Below are positions 13,032 through 24,385 of a stretch of 64,000 nt of DNA, in pieces. The translations under genes were made by a program, and so were the position numbers. The notes under the pieces are model-generated. The model was not told the origin of the DNA. It saw only the letters and a list, made by a program, of their open reading frames with translations, and made no database searches. Source of the stretch: Lytechinus pictus. Lineage: Eukaryota. How positions within the stretch are numbered: position 1 is the stretch's first letter; every line of letters starts with the position of its first letter. The stretch covers positions 3,970,001-4,034,000 of the forward strand of contig NC_087252.1 of assembly GCF_037042905.1 (NCBI RefSeq), read 5' to 3'.

Positions 13032-14315
13032 GCCACTGAGGAGCACATGAAGATGGCGGCAGAGTGCCTAAGGAGGAGGGCCATGGATAAGGACCCATCG
13101 ATAAAAGAGGATGACTTTGTGGAGGTGGCAGTGTCCTACGATGGTACTTGGCATAGGCGTGGCCACACATCGAATCATGGGGTGGGGGTGGTGATCTCAA
13201 TAGATACTGGGGAGGTTTTGGATACTGAGGTACTGTCAAAAACATGTAAACAATGTGAGTATAGGAAGGGCTGGGATAAAAGTAGTGATAAATATAAGGC
13301 ATGGGAAGCTAGTCATAAGGATGTTTGCTTAGGGATTCATAAAGGGAGTAGTGGAAAAATGGAGGTAGATGCGGCTGTTAAAATTTGGGGTAGATCTGAA
13401 GATAAATATAAATTAAGGTATAAGTATATGTTAAGTGATGGGGACAGTGCGGCATACAAAGCAGTTAAGGATATATATGGGGATGAATGTACAGTACATA
13501 AATTAGATTGTGTAGGGCATGTGGGTAAAAGAATGTATAAGGCACTTGATAAGGTAAGGAAGGATAACAAGGGTAAGTTAGAGGATGGGAAGGGGGTAGG
13601 GCGGGCTAAGGGTAGGCTAAGAGGGACAGCAGATACAGGGTCAATTGGTAGGTTATGTAAATTATATAGGTCAACGATTCGTAGTAATACAATTAATATG
13701 AAGGCTTTAGATAATGATAATGATAAGAAAGAGGCAGTGGAGAAGATGCGCAGGGCAATACTGGCTATTCTCTATCATTCAGTCACTTTGTCTGATAGTG
13801 ATGTGCGCCATCAGTATTGTCCGGAAGATGGTTGGTGTGAATACAAAAAGACAGGAAAAGAGAAGATGAATGAGAATCACTTGGATCCCGTGTTTCTCGA
13901 GCTTCTACTTCCTACATTCACGCGACTCAGTAATCCAGATCTCCTTGAGAGATGCCTCCCAGGTATCACCCAGAACCAGAATGAGAGCTTCAATGCTCTC
14001 ATCTGGAAAAGGTGTCCTAAACACCTGTGGAGAGGTCCACGTGTTGTTCGCAATGCAGTCAACCTTGCAATTCTTGCGTTCAACTGTGGCGCAGAGTCTA
14101 GTCGCTACAGAATTTTCAAAAAACTAAATCTCAAAATGGGGATTCACACTACCATTTGTGCGCAGATTAAAGATAAATATAGAATAAAGAGGGCAAGAAT
14201 TAGGGCAAGGGAGGTCAGTAAAAGAAGGAGGAAGGCACTTAGGGCGTTAAGGAAAAGTAGGGATGAAGCTGATGAAGAAAGGGAAGGGGGGTTGTATTCG
14301 ATGGGTGGCTATTAA
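13032..14315 (+). CDS. Transposase exon 3, RNase H-like DDE catalytic domain
   Basis: TTTATTTTGCAG acceptor in phase 0; 427 codons plus TAA. Motifs VSYDGTWHRRGHTS (D1), CKQC, LSDGDS (D2), DCVGHVGKR (CxxH of the Mutator/hAT/P/Kolobok group), HQYCP..WC and TQNQNESFN (E). Confidence 0.93.
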   Translation, partial: ATEEHMKMAAECLRRRAMDKDPSIKEDDFVEVAVSYDGTWHRRGHTSNHGVGVVISIDTGEVLDTEVLSKTCKQCEYRKGWDKSSDKYKAWEASHKDVCLGIHKGSSGKMEVDAAVKIWGRSEDKYKLRYKYMLSDGDSAAYKAVKDIYGDECTVHKLDCVGHVGKRMYKALDKVRKDNKGKLEDGKGVGRAKGRLRGTADTGSIGRLCKLYRSTIRSNTINMKALDNDNDKKEAVEKMRRAILAILYHSVTLSDSDVRHQYCPEDGWCEYKKTGKEKMNENHLDPVFLELLLPTFTRLSNPDLLERCLPGITQNQNESFNALIWKRCPKHLWRGPRVVRNAVNLAILAFNCGAESSRYRIFKKLNLKMGIHTTICAQIKDKYRIKRARIRAREVSKRRRKALRALRKSRDEADEEREGGLYSMGGY

Positions 14316-14733
14316 GCTAAGGGAATTGTCATAGTACATGAATTTTTGAGGTGTAAATATCGCCCGCATGATCATATTCCCTTACTGCGCATGCGACAAT
14401 TGATTAATTTATGATCATTTATTTTCCTGTTGTAAATATTCGTTAATAGTTATATCTAATGTCCAATTTTGATTCAAATTATTTATATGAATTTGGATTT
14501 TCCTTTTAATTTCTAATTCTTAATCTATGAATTAATTTATTACGTATTTCATTCATTTTTTATATGTTTTTATTATTTCAATATCTTCTTTTATTTTTTA
14601 TTATTTATTATATTTTATTATTTATTATTCATTATTTTTATTATTTTATTGTAGCAATTAATGACGACAATTGGTAGATCACTGCCACTGCCTGTCAAAT
14701 AATCACTTTCACTGCCCCAGCATCATATATTCA

Positions 14734-14783
14734 GGAGGGTCCAGTAGCATTATCAGATATTAACGCTGGCTGCTGGACCCTCC
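14734..14783 (+). other. GC-rich stem-loop inside the transposon 3' region
   Basis: GGAGGGTCCAGTAGC pairs with GCTGCTGGACCCTCC (15 bp including one G-U pair), with a 20-nt loop. Confidence 0.6.
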
Positions 14784-15769
14784 CATTTTGTGCAATATTT
14801 TGTTATCAATTTTAATGATCATAAATGTGTAAATATGTAAATATTTTGTTGTAAACTTGTATATGTATGTAAATATAGCATTTGTAAATATTAAATATGT
14901 ATATATTGCATATATCAGCTTTCTGAAGTACTTATTATGTCATAGAGATGGATATAGGGGTGTTTGATACATGCGTTACTACGTACAGTGAGTATGAGCT
15001 TTTTATTTTCTTTGTTTTCTCAGAATAGTGATTTTGTGTGTTGGTGTGACACTGTGGCCAAAGATTGAGACTGAAGAAAAAGGTGTAGAGTGCTCAAATT
15101 TGGTGTGTAATGTCAGTGGTATATGTGCTACAAGTCTATTAAGGAGTTTTTTAAATATCTTATTGTTTTTTTTAATTATTGATGAATGAATACATAATTA
15201 GCCCCTCTTACGTGCAATCAGAAAAATAAAGAATAACAAAAAATAAAAGAAAAATTCATATAAAAAAAAATAATAATTTTTTCATCAAAAGCTCTCATGG
15301 ATGGATGTATATCTTTATATGGAATAGATATACCAAATATCAAATGAATCTGATGAGTAGTTACTCTGAAATCTTGTCCACTTCCTTTTTCTTATGTTTT
15401 TCTTTATATGCAAATTAGGGATTAATTGTGCTACTTTTTGTGTGCGTGAAATTATACCTTAAGAATATGACTATGAATGTATAAAAAAATTACTGAGGTA
15501 AATGCCATCAAGTATTGAAAAAATGCACTGAAGCACAAATTTGTCACAAACTATATAAATCACCTTAATGCTCATTACATTTGTTAAAAGAGAATTGGTC
15601 ACAAATTGTCACCTTGGGGAACCCCACCATTAAATATTGGAATGTACATGTATTATTTGAAAGTCCAGCTTAAACTTTAGCAAAGTGTCAATCATGTGAA
15701 TTATACTCACTCATCATCTAACATTCAAATCATACATAAAAATGTGTATTCCTTTTCCCCCTACCTTAA

Positions 15770-16262
15770 AAGTCAAGTCCACCCCAGTAAAATGCTGACT
15801 TGAATCAAGGTCCATGCTTGAATAAATAGAGAAAAATTAAACTAGCATAGTGCTGAAAATTTCATCGAAATTGGATGTAAAATAAGAAAGTTATGAGACT
15901 TTAAAGTTTCGCTTATTTTTCACAAAACAGTGATATGCACAACTAGATGAGTCAGTCGATGACTGAACCATATAGTATTAAGCAATGCTATTTCTACATG
16001 CTCAGGAATTGATCGCTGTATCACTTGACAATGAGGAGAAAATTAGAATATTTCATATAATAAAATACAAAAAAAATAGTGAGTGGATGACGCCATAGTC
16101 TCCTCATTTGCATACCAGCAAGGATGTGCATATAACTGTTTTGTGAAATTAAGCGAAACTTTATAATGTCATAACTTTCTTATTTTACACCCGATTTTGA
16201 TGAAATTTTCAGTGTTATGCTTGTTGGATTTTTCTCTTTTTATGTTGGGGTGGAGTTGTCCT
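15770..16262. mobile_element. Kolobok-like MITE, family D copy 1
   Basis: TTAA|AAGTCAAGTCCACCCCA ... TGGGGTGGAGTTGTCCT|ATAA, with long internal inverted similarity. Shares subterminal motifs with 4169-4760 and 48507-48678. Confidence 0.8.
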
Positions 16263-16553
16263 ATAAAAATTGAAATACATGTATGTCAGTATTTTATGTT
16301 GCTTTCTTTGAGAACTTGTCTTACATATTTAGTGGTCGGGAAGCTATTGGCAAAAATGATATACTAAAATATTTAGGCCATTCCTACTTCAGAATAGCTT
16401 TTATATAAAAAAGAAAAAGAAATTCAGATATGTTACTTTGATCCCGAACCTTCAATATATTATTTTTGAAATCATAAAATTGATCCTATAATATATTAAA
16501 AATTTTCCTTTCATATGTCTCATATCATAACTGTTTTACATCATAAAAATTCA

Positions 16554-16865
16554 GGGGCCCGTATTCTGAAGTCGGGCTTAACTTAAACTCAGGTTTAAAG
16601 TTGTGGTCTAAGTATGGGAAGCCAAGAGTATCCAAATTTTTATTAAGTTGTATGTTTCTTATGCTTACTGTGTTCTTTCCTGATTCATCGATGGTGAAGA
16701 CAATCATCTATTTATACTTCCTACACAATTATGAATGATTTGAGAGCCGAATGAGCTGAACTATGATATCTCTACTGTTAGTGATTATGTAACAATTGGC
16801 GGTCCATACTTAAACCACAACTTTAAACCTGAGTTTAAGTTAAACCTGACTTCAGAAAACGGGCC
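16554..16865. mobile_element. Harbinger-like MITE, family E copy 1
   Basis: TIR GGCCCGTATTCTGAAGTC..AACTTAAACTCAGGTTTAAAGTTGTGG and its reverse complement at the right end. Confidence 0.85.
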
Positions 16866-17030
16866 ATATAATCTAGTAATGAATTGGAATGATTGGGGGA
16901 GGGATATACCAAAGCTAAATACAGTCTTTAAAAATGGAATTAATATAATGTAGTAAGTACCCAAACTGATGTACATAAATGCAGACATCTGTAAATCCTT
17001 GTATGGAAGTGAAAAATGAGTTTGGACATT

Positions 17031-17342
17031 GGGGCCCGTATTCTGAAGTTGGGTTTAACTGAAACTCAGGTTTAAAGTTGTGGTTTAAGTATGGATGGCC
17101 ACATTTTACATAAATCACTAACAGTAGAGATATCACATTTCAGCTCATTTGGCTCTTAAATCATTCATAATTGTCTAGAAAGTATATATAGATGATTGTC
17201 TTCACCATCGATGATCAGGAAAGAGCACAGTAAACATAAGAACCATTCAACTTATTTAAAATTTCGACACTTTTGGCTTCCCATAATTTTAGCACAGAGT
17301 TAGACCATGGCCTAAGTTAAATTCGACTTCAGAATACGGGCC
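17031..17342. mobile_element. Harbinger-like MITE, family E copy 2 (inverted relative to copy 1)
   Basis: Same TIR. The internal sequence is the reverse complement of 16554-16865 (e.g. ATCGATGGTGAAGACAATCATCTA versus TAGATGATTGTCTTCACCATCGAT). Confidence 0.85.
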
Positions 17343-18521
17343 TGTGTGTTGGGGGATGGCAAAGTTTGCAAAATTGTTCCTTCTTCCACATTGCATCAAA
17401 GTTCATGACTATTTCATACTATAGTCAGCAAAATATCTTGACCAGACATAACCATTTTATACTGATGATGTTGTCACATTGATGTGACAGACTAACAAAC
17501 AAACTGTCAAATGTCATACCTGCTGTAATGTGGCTGGTTATTTGCAGTAAACAATGCTGTGACACGCAAATCTTATCGCACTAACCCTTGTCTGCACTTT
17601 TACTATATGGTCTGTGTGTATACAAAATGGAACCCTAACATGTATCCCATTTTGTACTTGTGAATCCTGAATATTCCTAAGTTTAAAGCACTTCTTAATC
17701 CTCCTAAAATGTAATTGAATACTTCTTGCTCGTCGCAGGAATCTGTCTTCATTTCTTTTTAATACCCTTCACTTTGTTTTATTGAACAGTTGTGACTATA
17801 AAATGTTTTCTAAAAATGTAACACATAAATTTTGTTCAGTCAGTTTACCATTCAATAGCACATCAATTATGTCAATTCATTTGTAAAATTCACACAATTT
17901 TTTGACATGGTGTGCGTGTGAAAGCACAAAGTAAAATTCAGAGTGGACCTGAGATTTCAGTGCTGACACGTACATCAATAGAGGTGATATTTTTTCCTTC
18001 TACTTAATATCTTTTCTTTCTTGCACCCCTTTTTTTATTCAAGGTGTTTTATTAAAAAACAGTATCATAGTACTGTATAATAATATCTCAAAATAATTGA
18101 AGTGGCTTGGTAAAATATGACATTATTATTATCATTATTATTATCAAAATGAGTTTAGTTTTTATGAGCAGAGGATGACATATTTCATAAATTGTGCAAC
18201 CAGCATTTGGGCAGACCACTAGCCTACAGTGTACCTGGAAAATATGACAGTGGCTGAGGAATTTTTTCCTCTCCTCTTAACTTTCCTGGTAATTATACTC
18301 TTATTGAAGAGGGGAAAGGGGGCAGTTGATAGAATCATTTGTCTTGTTGAATAGTAATAAAGTTTTGATGATGTTTGAAAAGAATGAAAATAAATCTTCC
18401 CCATCATTTAGCCATGAACTTGCCTTTTTTCCACTGAGCAGCTAATAGCAATATCTTTCTAATTCTGACTATTATTTTATCCAACTGTCATTGAATCAGG
18501 AAAAGTTCTTCAAAACATTGA

Positions 18522-18737
18522 TTCTATGGTGACATTTGCTCCTGCAACATTTTCTCCTGTCTCAATATTTCAGAGGGCAATGGGTTTATAGAGTTAAGAT
18601 TGTAATATAGTTTTTGGTTCAGAATAATGTCAAGATAAGGATTAGGGTATTTAGTATTGGAGATTAGGTTTTATGTTTGGCCTAACATGCAGATTTTCCA
18701 TCGGCGTAATTGTCGCTGGAGCAAATGTCATGGAACC
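18522..18737. mobile_element. Degenerate MITE
   Basis: TGACATTTGCTCC ... GGAGCAAATGTCA inverted ends, with TTAGGG-like internal sequence. Confidence 0.6.
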
Positions 18738-20422
18738 CGCTCCTATATTAAATGTGATCATCGATAGACCCCAAGAAGGGACCTTGAACATCGGTGTGAA
18801 ATATGCCAGGAAACAATATCAATTTCAAAATTCCCTGGCATATCTCAATGATCCATGAAGCTTAATAGCACATGTTTGCTCTCAACTGAGCTAAGACTTG
18901 TTTGTTTCTTTGCAAGAATATTGACAATCCCCTTATTTGTTGTCACAAGTTTTCATTCCATGTATGCTGCATTCAATCTATACATTTTCAGCCGAGAATC
19001 ATGATTTGAAACTTGTTATTTTTTCAAGTTTTGTTGATGCAAACTATCCATTGAATCATGATTGAGAATCTTATGTTTGAACGTTCAAATTTTGGTCGAA
19101 ATCTTAAGAATTAATTTGAACCTAAAATTGACTACAATGGATTGAAAGATTTGTGCAATTCTCTGATCAGGCTGCAGTATGATTAAGCCACAAATCACCA
19201 TTTGTGGTCAGTCACCCCAAAACCAACGAAAAGTCGCCCAAAATGAATTTTGAGATTTGCATTGATCTTGAATATGCACACTATCTGCTTTAAAAATGAT
19301 AGCTTATCATATTTGAGTACAGAAGAAGTTCAGCGAGAACTTAAAAAAATAAAGAAAACAAGGTTTGAATTTTTGAGTTCACTCAAACATGAGATTGGCA
19401 CTCTGTATGAATTTAATGAAACTTCCAAGTAGTCTGCAAAATAGAATTTAAAAGAAACTTTTTTCATCATGTCTTACATGCAACTTTACAACTTCAAACT
19501 TTGGCAGTATGTAGAAAAGGATATCATATCAGATAAGATAGTTTTCTTATTTTGGCTCTTGAAGGCCAAAATACTACTTTGGCTATAAATTACATAAGCT
19601 TCCCTGATGACTTATTATTGGTTATGGGGGTATCTGGTCACATTTTATTAATTACATGTTTGTATTGTGATCTCTTTCATATTCATGATGACATTATACC
19701 CCCTCCCTTTTTTAATGTAAAACAACATATGATTTTAGTCTTGGCCAAGAATCAATGTTGAAGTAATATTGCATGAACACTCTCCAATCTTTATCAAGTC
19801 TTACAAAAATATTTAAGCAAAAACAATTGTTTTTCTGTAGGGGCTAAAAGTTTGTATGAACACACACCCATAGTCCTCCATAAAGCTGTGATATCCACAC
19901 GCCTCTTTCATTTCATCCTGAATTAATATTTTGGGCCACAATCTGGAACGGTTTTGATCTCAAGGTAAGATGAAAATATGGAATGTTTCGGCAATTGAGA
20001 ATACAGAGAGGAGTCGGCTTAGCTTGTTGTAAAGCAGAAAATCAATCATAATGTGTTGCCAATTTGCTGAGGTGATGAGAATCTGTGTTCGGATCACTTT
20101 GTTCCTTCAGCAAGTCTTTGACAAGAGTTAACACTTTTAGCATTTGTTGAGGGTTCTTAGATGCTGGGCATTGGTCAAAATTATCATTTTCATGAGAGCT
20201 CTTTTGTTGCTAATTGTATAAAAACAACAATATTTCAGGAAGTTAATGTTTCTTCACTGGGCTCTTTGCCATCATGGGATTAAATTCCTGAGCCTCTGTG
20301 TATTGTCAGCGCTGATGTTGGATTCTGTTGAACATTGTTTTCACTTTTATGTTTTACCTTATTATCTTGTCTAGCTTCTATTTTCTTTTGTAAACTAATT
20401 TCATTTTTTTTGTTTACCTCAG

Positions 20423-20458
20423 CAAGCACCCAATACCGCTAACACCACCCATCGTAGA
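20423..20458 (+). other. Candidate microexon (36 nt)
   Basis: Strong acceptor TTTCATTTTTTTTGTTTACCTCAG, weak donor AGA|GTACCC. Reads QAPNTANTTHRR in phase 0. Confidence 0.25.
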
Positions 20459-20570
20459 GTACCCTTGGGGGAAGGGGCATTGCCCCTCTTCCTTCTTGTA
20501 CGTTCAGCAGTGCATTGGACTGCATCCACTGTACCACTCGCCCCTCTCCATCCTCCAATCCCTGGAGCTG

Positions 20571-20708
20571 GGGTGTGTCTCATGAAGCAACTTGTCAGTG
20601 ATTTTCCACTGACAAACTTGCTCTGAGCCAATCAGATGCATGGATTTCAGTAGCTTATAACAAATGGTCAATGAAAATCACTGACTATTTATTTCATGAA
20701 ACGCTCCC
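20571..20708. mobile_element. Short Harbinger-like MITE, family C, CTG TSD
   Basis: CTG|GGGTGTGTCTCATGAA ... TTCATGAAACGCTCCC|CTG, with central GCCAATCAG. Confidence 0.75.
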
Positions 20709-21094
20709 CTGATTGTCAGATGAAGACCAACAACTAGAGGTGAAAATACACTTCAAGCTTGCCAGGTGTTGGTTCCGCGAATTCCATTTTATTCGTACCA
20801 TCTGGGACGTCAGGCAAGGTACGCTCACCCCGCCTCACGACTCGTTCTCTTGTCGGGCCATAAGATGTCTCTCTATCAGTCCAAAGAAGGTTTTTATATT
20901 TGTGGCACAAGAAGAACAGTGTCAGGGTACAAGAACAGTGTTGGGGTAGAAGAAGAACAGAAGAGTGTCTTGCGGAGGGGAATCAAAGCTGTCACAATCA
21001 TACTGATTTTTAGTATTGAAAATAACATGCAACATTTGCTTCGTACGTAGAACGATGTTTCCAAAGGCTGCATACTTTTACTCTGGCTTTTTAG

Positions 21095-21280
21095 CACAGC
21101 TACCCTGATCAGGTGCTAGAGCATTCAACCAATTCTTTCCTACCGGGCACCCATTAACTAAATCTGGGTTGAAAGTTGCAAATGTAGATGAACACCTTGC
21201 CAAGAGGTGTGAATGCTGCAGTGGAAATTGAAACCTGGACCTTGGGATTCAAAGTCTGGAGCCTTATCTACTGAGCCACA
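21095..21280 (-). mobile_element. tRNA-derived SINE remnant
   Basis: The minus strand reads TGTGGCTCAGTAGATAAGG (A-box-like) ... GGTTTCAATTTCC (B-box-like), then TTGGCAAGG..ACCCAG..AATGGGTGCC, a central domain shared with 25255-25433 and 42233-42425. Confidence 0.7.
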
Positions 21281-22084
21281 GAATCTCTACACACCCTCTA
21301 TTAAACCAAACGTTGTATTCTGACCGAAAAATTAAGGCTAATGAAAACGGGCCTTTTTCTCTTGTCGTCCATTGTGACATTGAACTCACCGTTGAATCCT
21401 TGGTGTTGCATAGCCCCAACAAGAGAGGTCCCTGTGGACCCCAAATTTTGATGGGTTGGGGTGGAAATTTGAGAGGTGCAATTTTGCGGGCTTGGCAACA
21501 TGGATGTGCTGACGAAGAATGGATGTTGATGGAATGTTTACTCTCTCATGTTTTGGCAGAATGTAGATAGCCGAGATTCGTCTGATGTGTCTTTGTTCTT
21601 GTGCAAGGGCCATGAGGGATTACCCTATTATGAAGTCAAGAGGGATCATAATAAAAATTGTTGCAATTTGACAATTTCTGTTCATAATTCCTAATGACAC
21701 AGTGAGTTATATCTCCATCAACATATCAAAGAGGAAAACTTTTATGCAGTCGCAAAGCAATGTCTGCATTTTCTTTGAATGATGCAGCGATCGTTCTTTT
21801 CAAAGACATACAAGAAACATGGCTGGGCTCTGAATGTATACAGTGCGTGCCAACCTGGGGTAAAATACCAGACAATGGCTGCTAGAGTCGTGGTTCTCTC
21901 ACACATTTCGTGCCTTGTGCAAATAGGGGGTCAGGCCCCGGAGGACCAAGTGCCAGGACCCGTTTTCAATTACTAGACAGGACCAATGTTCAGAATCAGA
22001 AAATGATTTGAGGTTGATGGTATTTGAAGGGGAGGTATTTGGACCTCATTCACACGCTTTGATTCCTACAGGGTTTCTGGTATG

Positions 22085-22262
22085 AGAATTCCATTGTGCT
22101 GAGCATTATCAGAAGACTCATCTTGATCTCCATCAACATCGTCATCACCATCATCATCATTATTATCAACATCATCATCATCATCCTCATTTCCATTACC
22201 ATCATCACAATCATTATCAACACCATCTTCTTCTTCATCTTCATCACCATCAATATCATCAG
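22085..22262. repeat. Degenerate (CAT)n microsatellite
   Basis: CATCATCAC/CAT runs. Explains the poly-M, poly-D and poly-I ORFs. Confidence 0.9.
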
Positions 22263-23199
22263 GAAATTTGTAAAATGTCCTTTGTAAACAAAGCAAAACA
22301 CACCAAATTGTCAAGAAATCAAATGAATTTGTGGATATACATTCATATCTAGAACAAATTTCGAACAAACTTGCATTTTATATGTTGACTTTCCTGGCTT
22401 TCCATAGTTGCGATTGATCGGGTCAATCGCAACTCTTTGTAAGACGCAGCCCTGGTTTATTAACCGATCCATCAAGCCACACATAACACATCATATACTT
22501 TAGCATGCTCATCTTATAAGCCTCCCGAATTTCACAATCAAGATATTGTGCTTGTATCATTTTTCGCGGTTATCATTGTTATCCGCAAACTATATCTCTA
22601 TCCATACAAGTCTTTCTTTCTAAGAAAACAACCTCATCCAAATACAAACACATGTATGCCCTAAGGCTCTCTCCATCCTCCTCTCACCCTCGCTAACCTT
22701 GCACTTGAAGACGTGTGGATATGGGTCTATTGCCAACGACTTATTCATCTCAGTTATTCCATCCCTTTCTACTCAAAATTCTCTTACTATCTGTTACAAC
22801 TTCTCTCTGTCCATATTGTGTCTTTTCACATATTATACCTTTTCACTTATCTAATTTCCCCTTCTCTATTTTTTTTCCCTCTAAGATCACATTCAGTATT
22901 CTCTTTTTTCAATGGTCATCTCTCATTCTCTCTATCACACCCTCATCATGAATGTCATTCCATCCTTTTCTCTGAATATGAGCTTGGAGACCAGTTACCT
23001 CTCCATCCTTCTCTCCTTCTTTTCAGTATATCCTCCCCCTTTAATTCACTCATCACTTCTTTATCTCTCTCATTGTCATCTTTGCGTATCCTGCAATCAA
23101 AGCAATCTCTTTCGTGTGTACTTAACAACTGCTTAATTTTTAGCATTCATTTCTCAATTTCTCTTCATGATCATTCAGTTACCTCGCCGTCTCCCCATT

Positions 23200-24010
23200 C
23201 TCTTTTCTTGCCTTCTCATTCTCTCCATTGTGAACTTGTAGACTGCATCATCTCCATCCCTCTCTACTTTCATTCATTCATCCATTCTCTTTCTCCACAT
23301 TGTCCTCCCTTCCACCTCCCCTTCTCTGAAGTTTGGACCTGTATCATCTCCACCCCTCTTATCTCCACCTCTCCTTTTCATCCATTCATTCATTCTCTCA
23401 TCCCCCATTCCCCATCATCTTTGCCTGTCCTCATTTATTCCTCCCCTACTCTAACTTTGGGACTGCATCATTCTCCACCCTTCCTGATCTCTCCTTTCAT
23501 CCTTTCATCTATTCATCCATCCCTCTCTCCCATCATATCAGCCTGTCCTCCAATCATCCTCCCCACTACAAATTTCAGGACCGCATCGTCTCCACCCCTC
23601 TTCTCTCCACCTCACCTTTCATCCTTTCACTCATTTGACCATATCCTGCTTTCCACATCTCTCTTTGTCCTCCCATCATCCCCCTTCTCTCAACTTCTCC
23701 TTCCATCCTTTCATTCATTCGTCCATCCCCCTTCTCCCCCGGCATCTCTGCCTTTCCACCCATCATCTTCCTCCCATCTTGGGACTGCATCATCCCCCTT
23801 CTCTGGACCCCACCTTTCATCCCCTCGTTCATTTGTCCATCCCCCTTCTTCACATCCTCCTCCCCTACTTATAAACTTTGGGACTGCATCATCTCCACCA
23901 TTCTTCATCTCTCCTTTCATCCTCTCATTCATTTCTCCATCCCCCTTTTCGCATTGTCCTTCCATCATCCTCTCCAAGTCTGATCTTTGGGACCGCATCA
24001 TCTCCACCGG
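23200..24010. repeat. Degenerate pyrimidine-rich tandem repeat (about 100-120 bp units)
   Basis: Recurring GGAC(T/C)GCATCATCTCCACC motif near 23240, 23336, 23460, 23578, 23781, 23880 and 23990. Confidence 0.8.
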
Positions 24011-24385
24011 TTCAACCCACAGGCACCATCGTAATCCCACCGCAAATCTCAGTCCCAGTTTCTGAGCTGTCACAGGTCTAGCTCCCATGACTTAGCCGCT
24101 CTTCAAGGCACCCAGCATCATCTCTCCCCTGTATTGGAAATACATGAGACAACATGCGATTCCGTCCTTGTGATAGCCAATATCGCCCCCAGAATATTGA
24201 ATGCTCCACAAAGCAACAATGACAAAATAGGACTGAGATTCTCTTAAACATGATTTGCAACCCCCAGCCCAAAAGTCCCCTCAAAATCGAAAAATACAGG
24301 CACAAAACTGTTATTTTCTCTGTAGATCTTCTGTATTTCCTGTTCTGGGAACAATTTTAGTTTTTCTAGTAGAAACAAAGTTACA

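Larger units (their letters stand above)
11285..15564 (+). mobile_element. Autonomous-type DNA transposon, 4280 bp, Kolobok-like (TTAA TSD) with Mutator-like-domain DDE transposase
   Basis: TTAA at 11281-11284 and 15565-15568. Left end GGGGGTATAAATAGTAATCTGGGACAATTTTG..CATTTTTTTAAT aligns imperfectly with the reverse complement of the right end GGTGATTTATATAGT-TTGTGACAAATTTG..CATTTTTTCAAT. Encloses the spliced transposase. Boundaries were aligned by eye. Confidence 0.7.

Noticed and set aside
11285..15564. KolobokP-type long terminal direct repeats, or a second ORF (KolX, nuclease, TnpB/Fanzor)
   Set aside because: No direct repeat between the two ends and no ORF evident in 14316-15564 on either strand. 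A highly spliced small gene cannot be fully excluded.
15440..15770. Alternative right ends of the transposon at other CCTTAA sites (about 15457 and 15764)
   Set aside because: Only the 15564 end aligns with the left terminus over about 55 bp. The 15766 TTAA belongs to the adjacent MITE.
21205..21280. Functional tRNA gene
   Set aside because: Degenerate B box, no clean cloverleaf, and it continues into a SINE core.
22713..24065. 450-aa ORF as a real gene
   Set aside because: GTG start, low-complexity repeat-derived composition and no recognisable domain.
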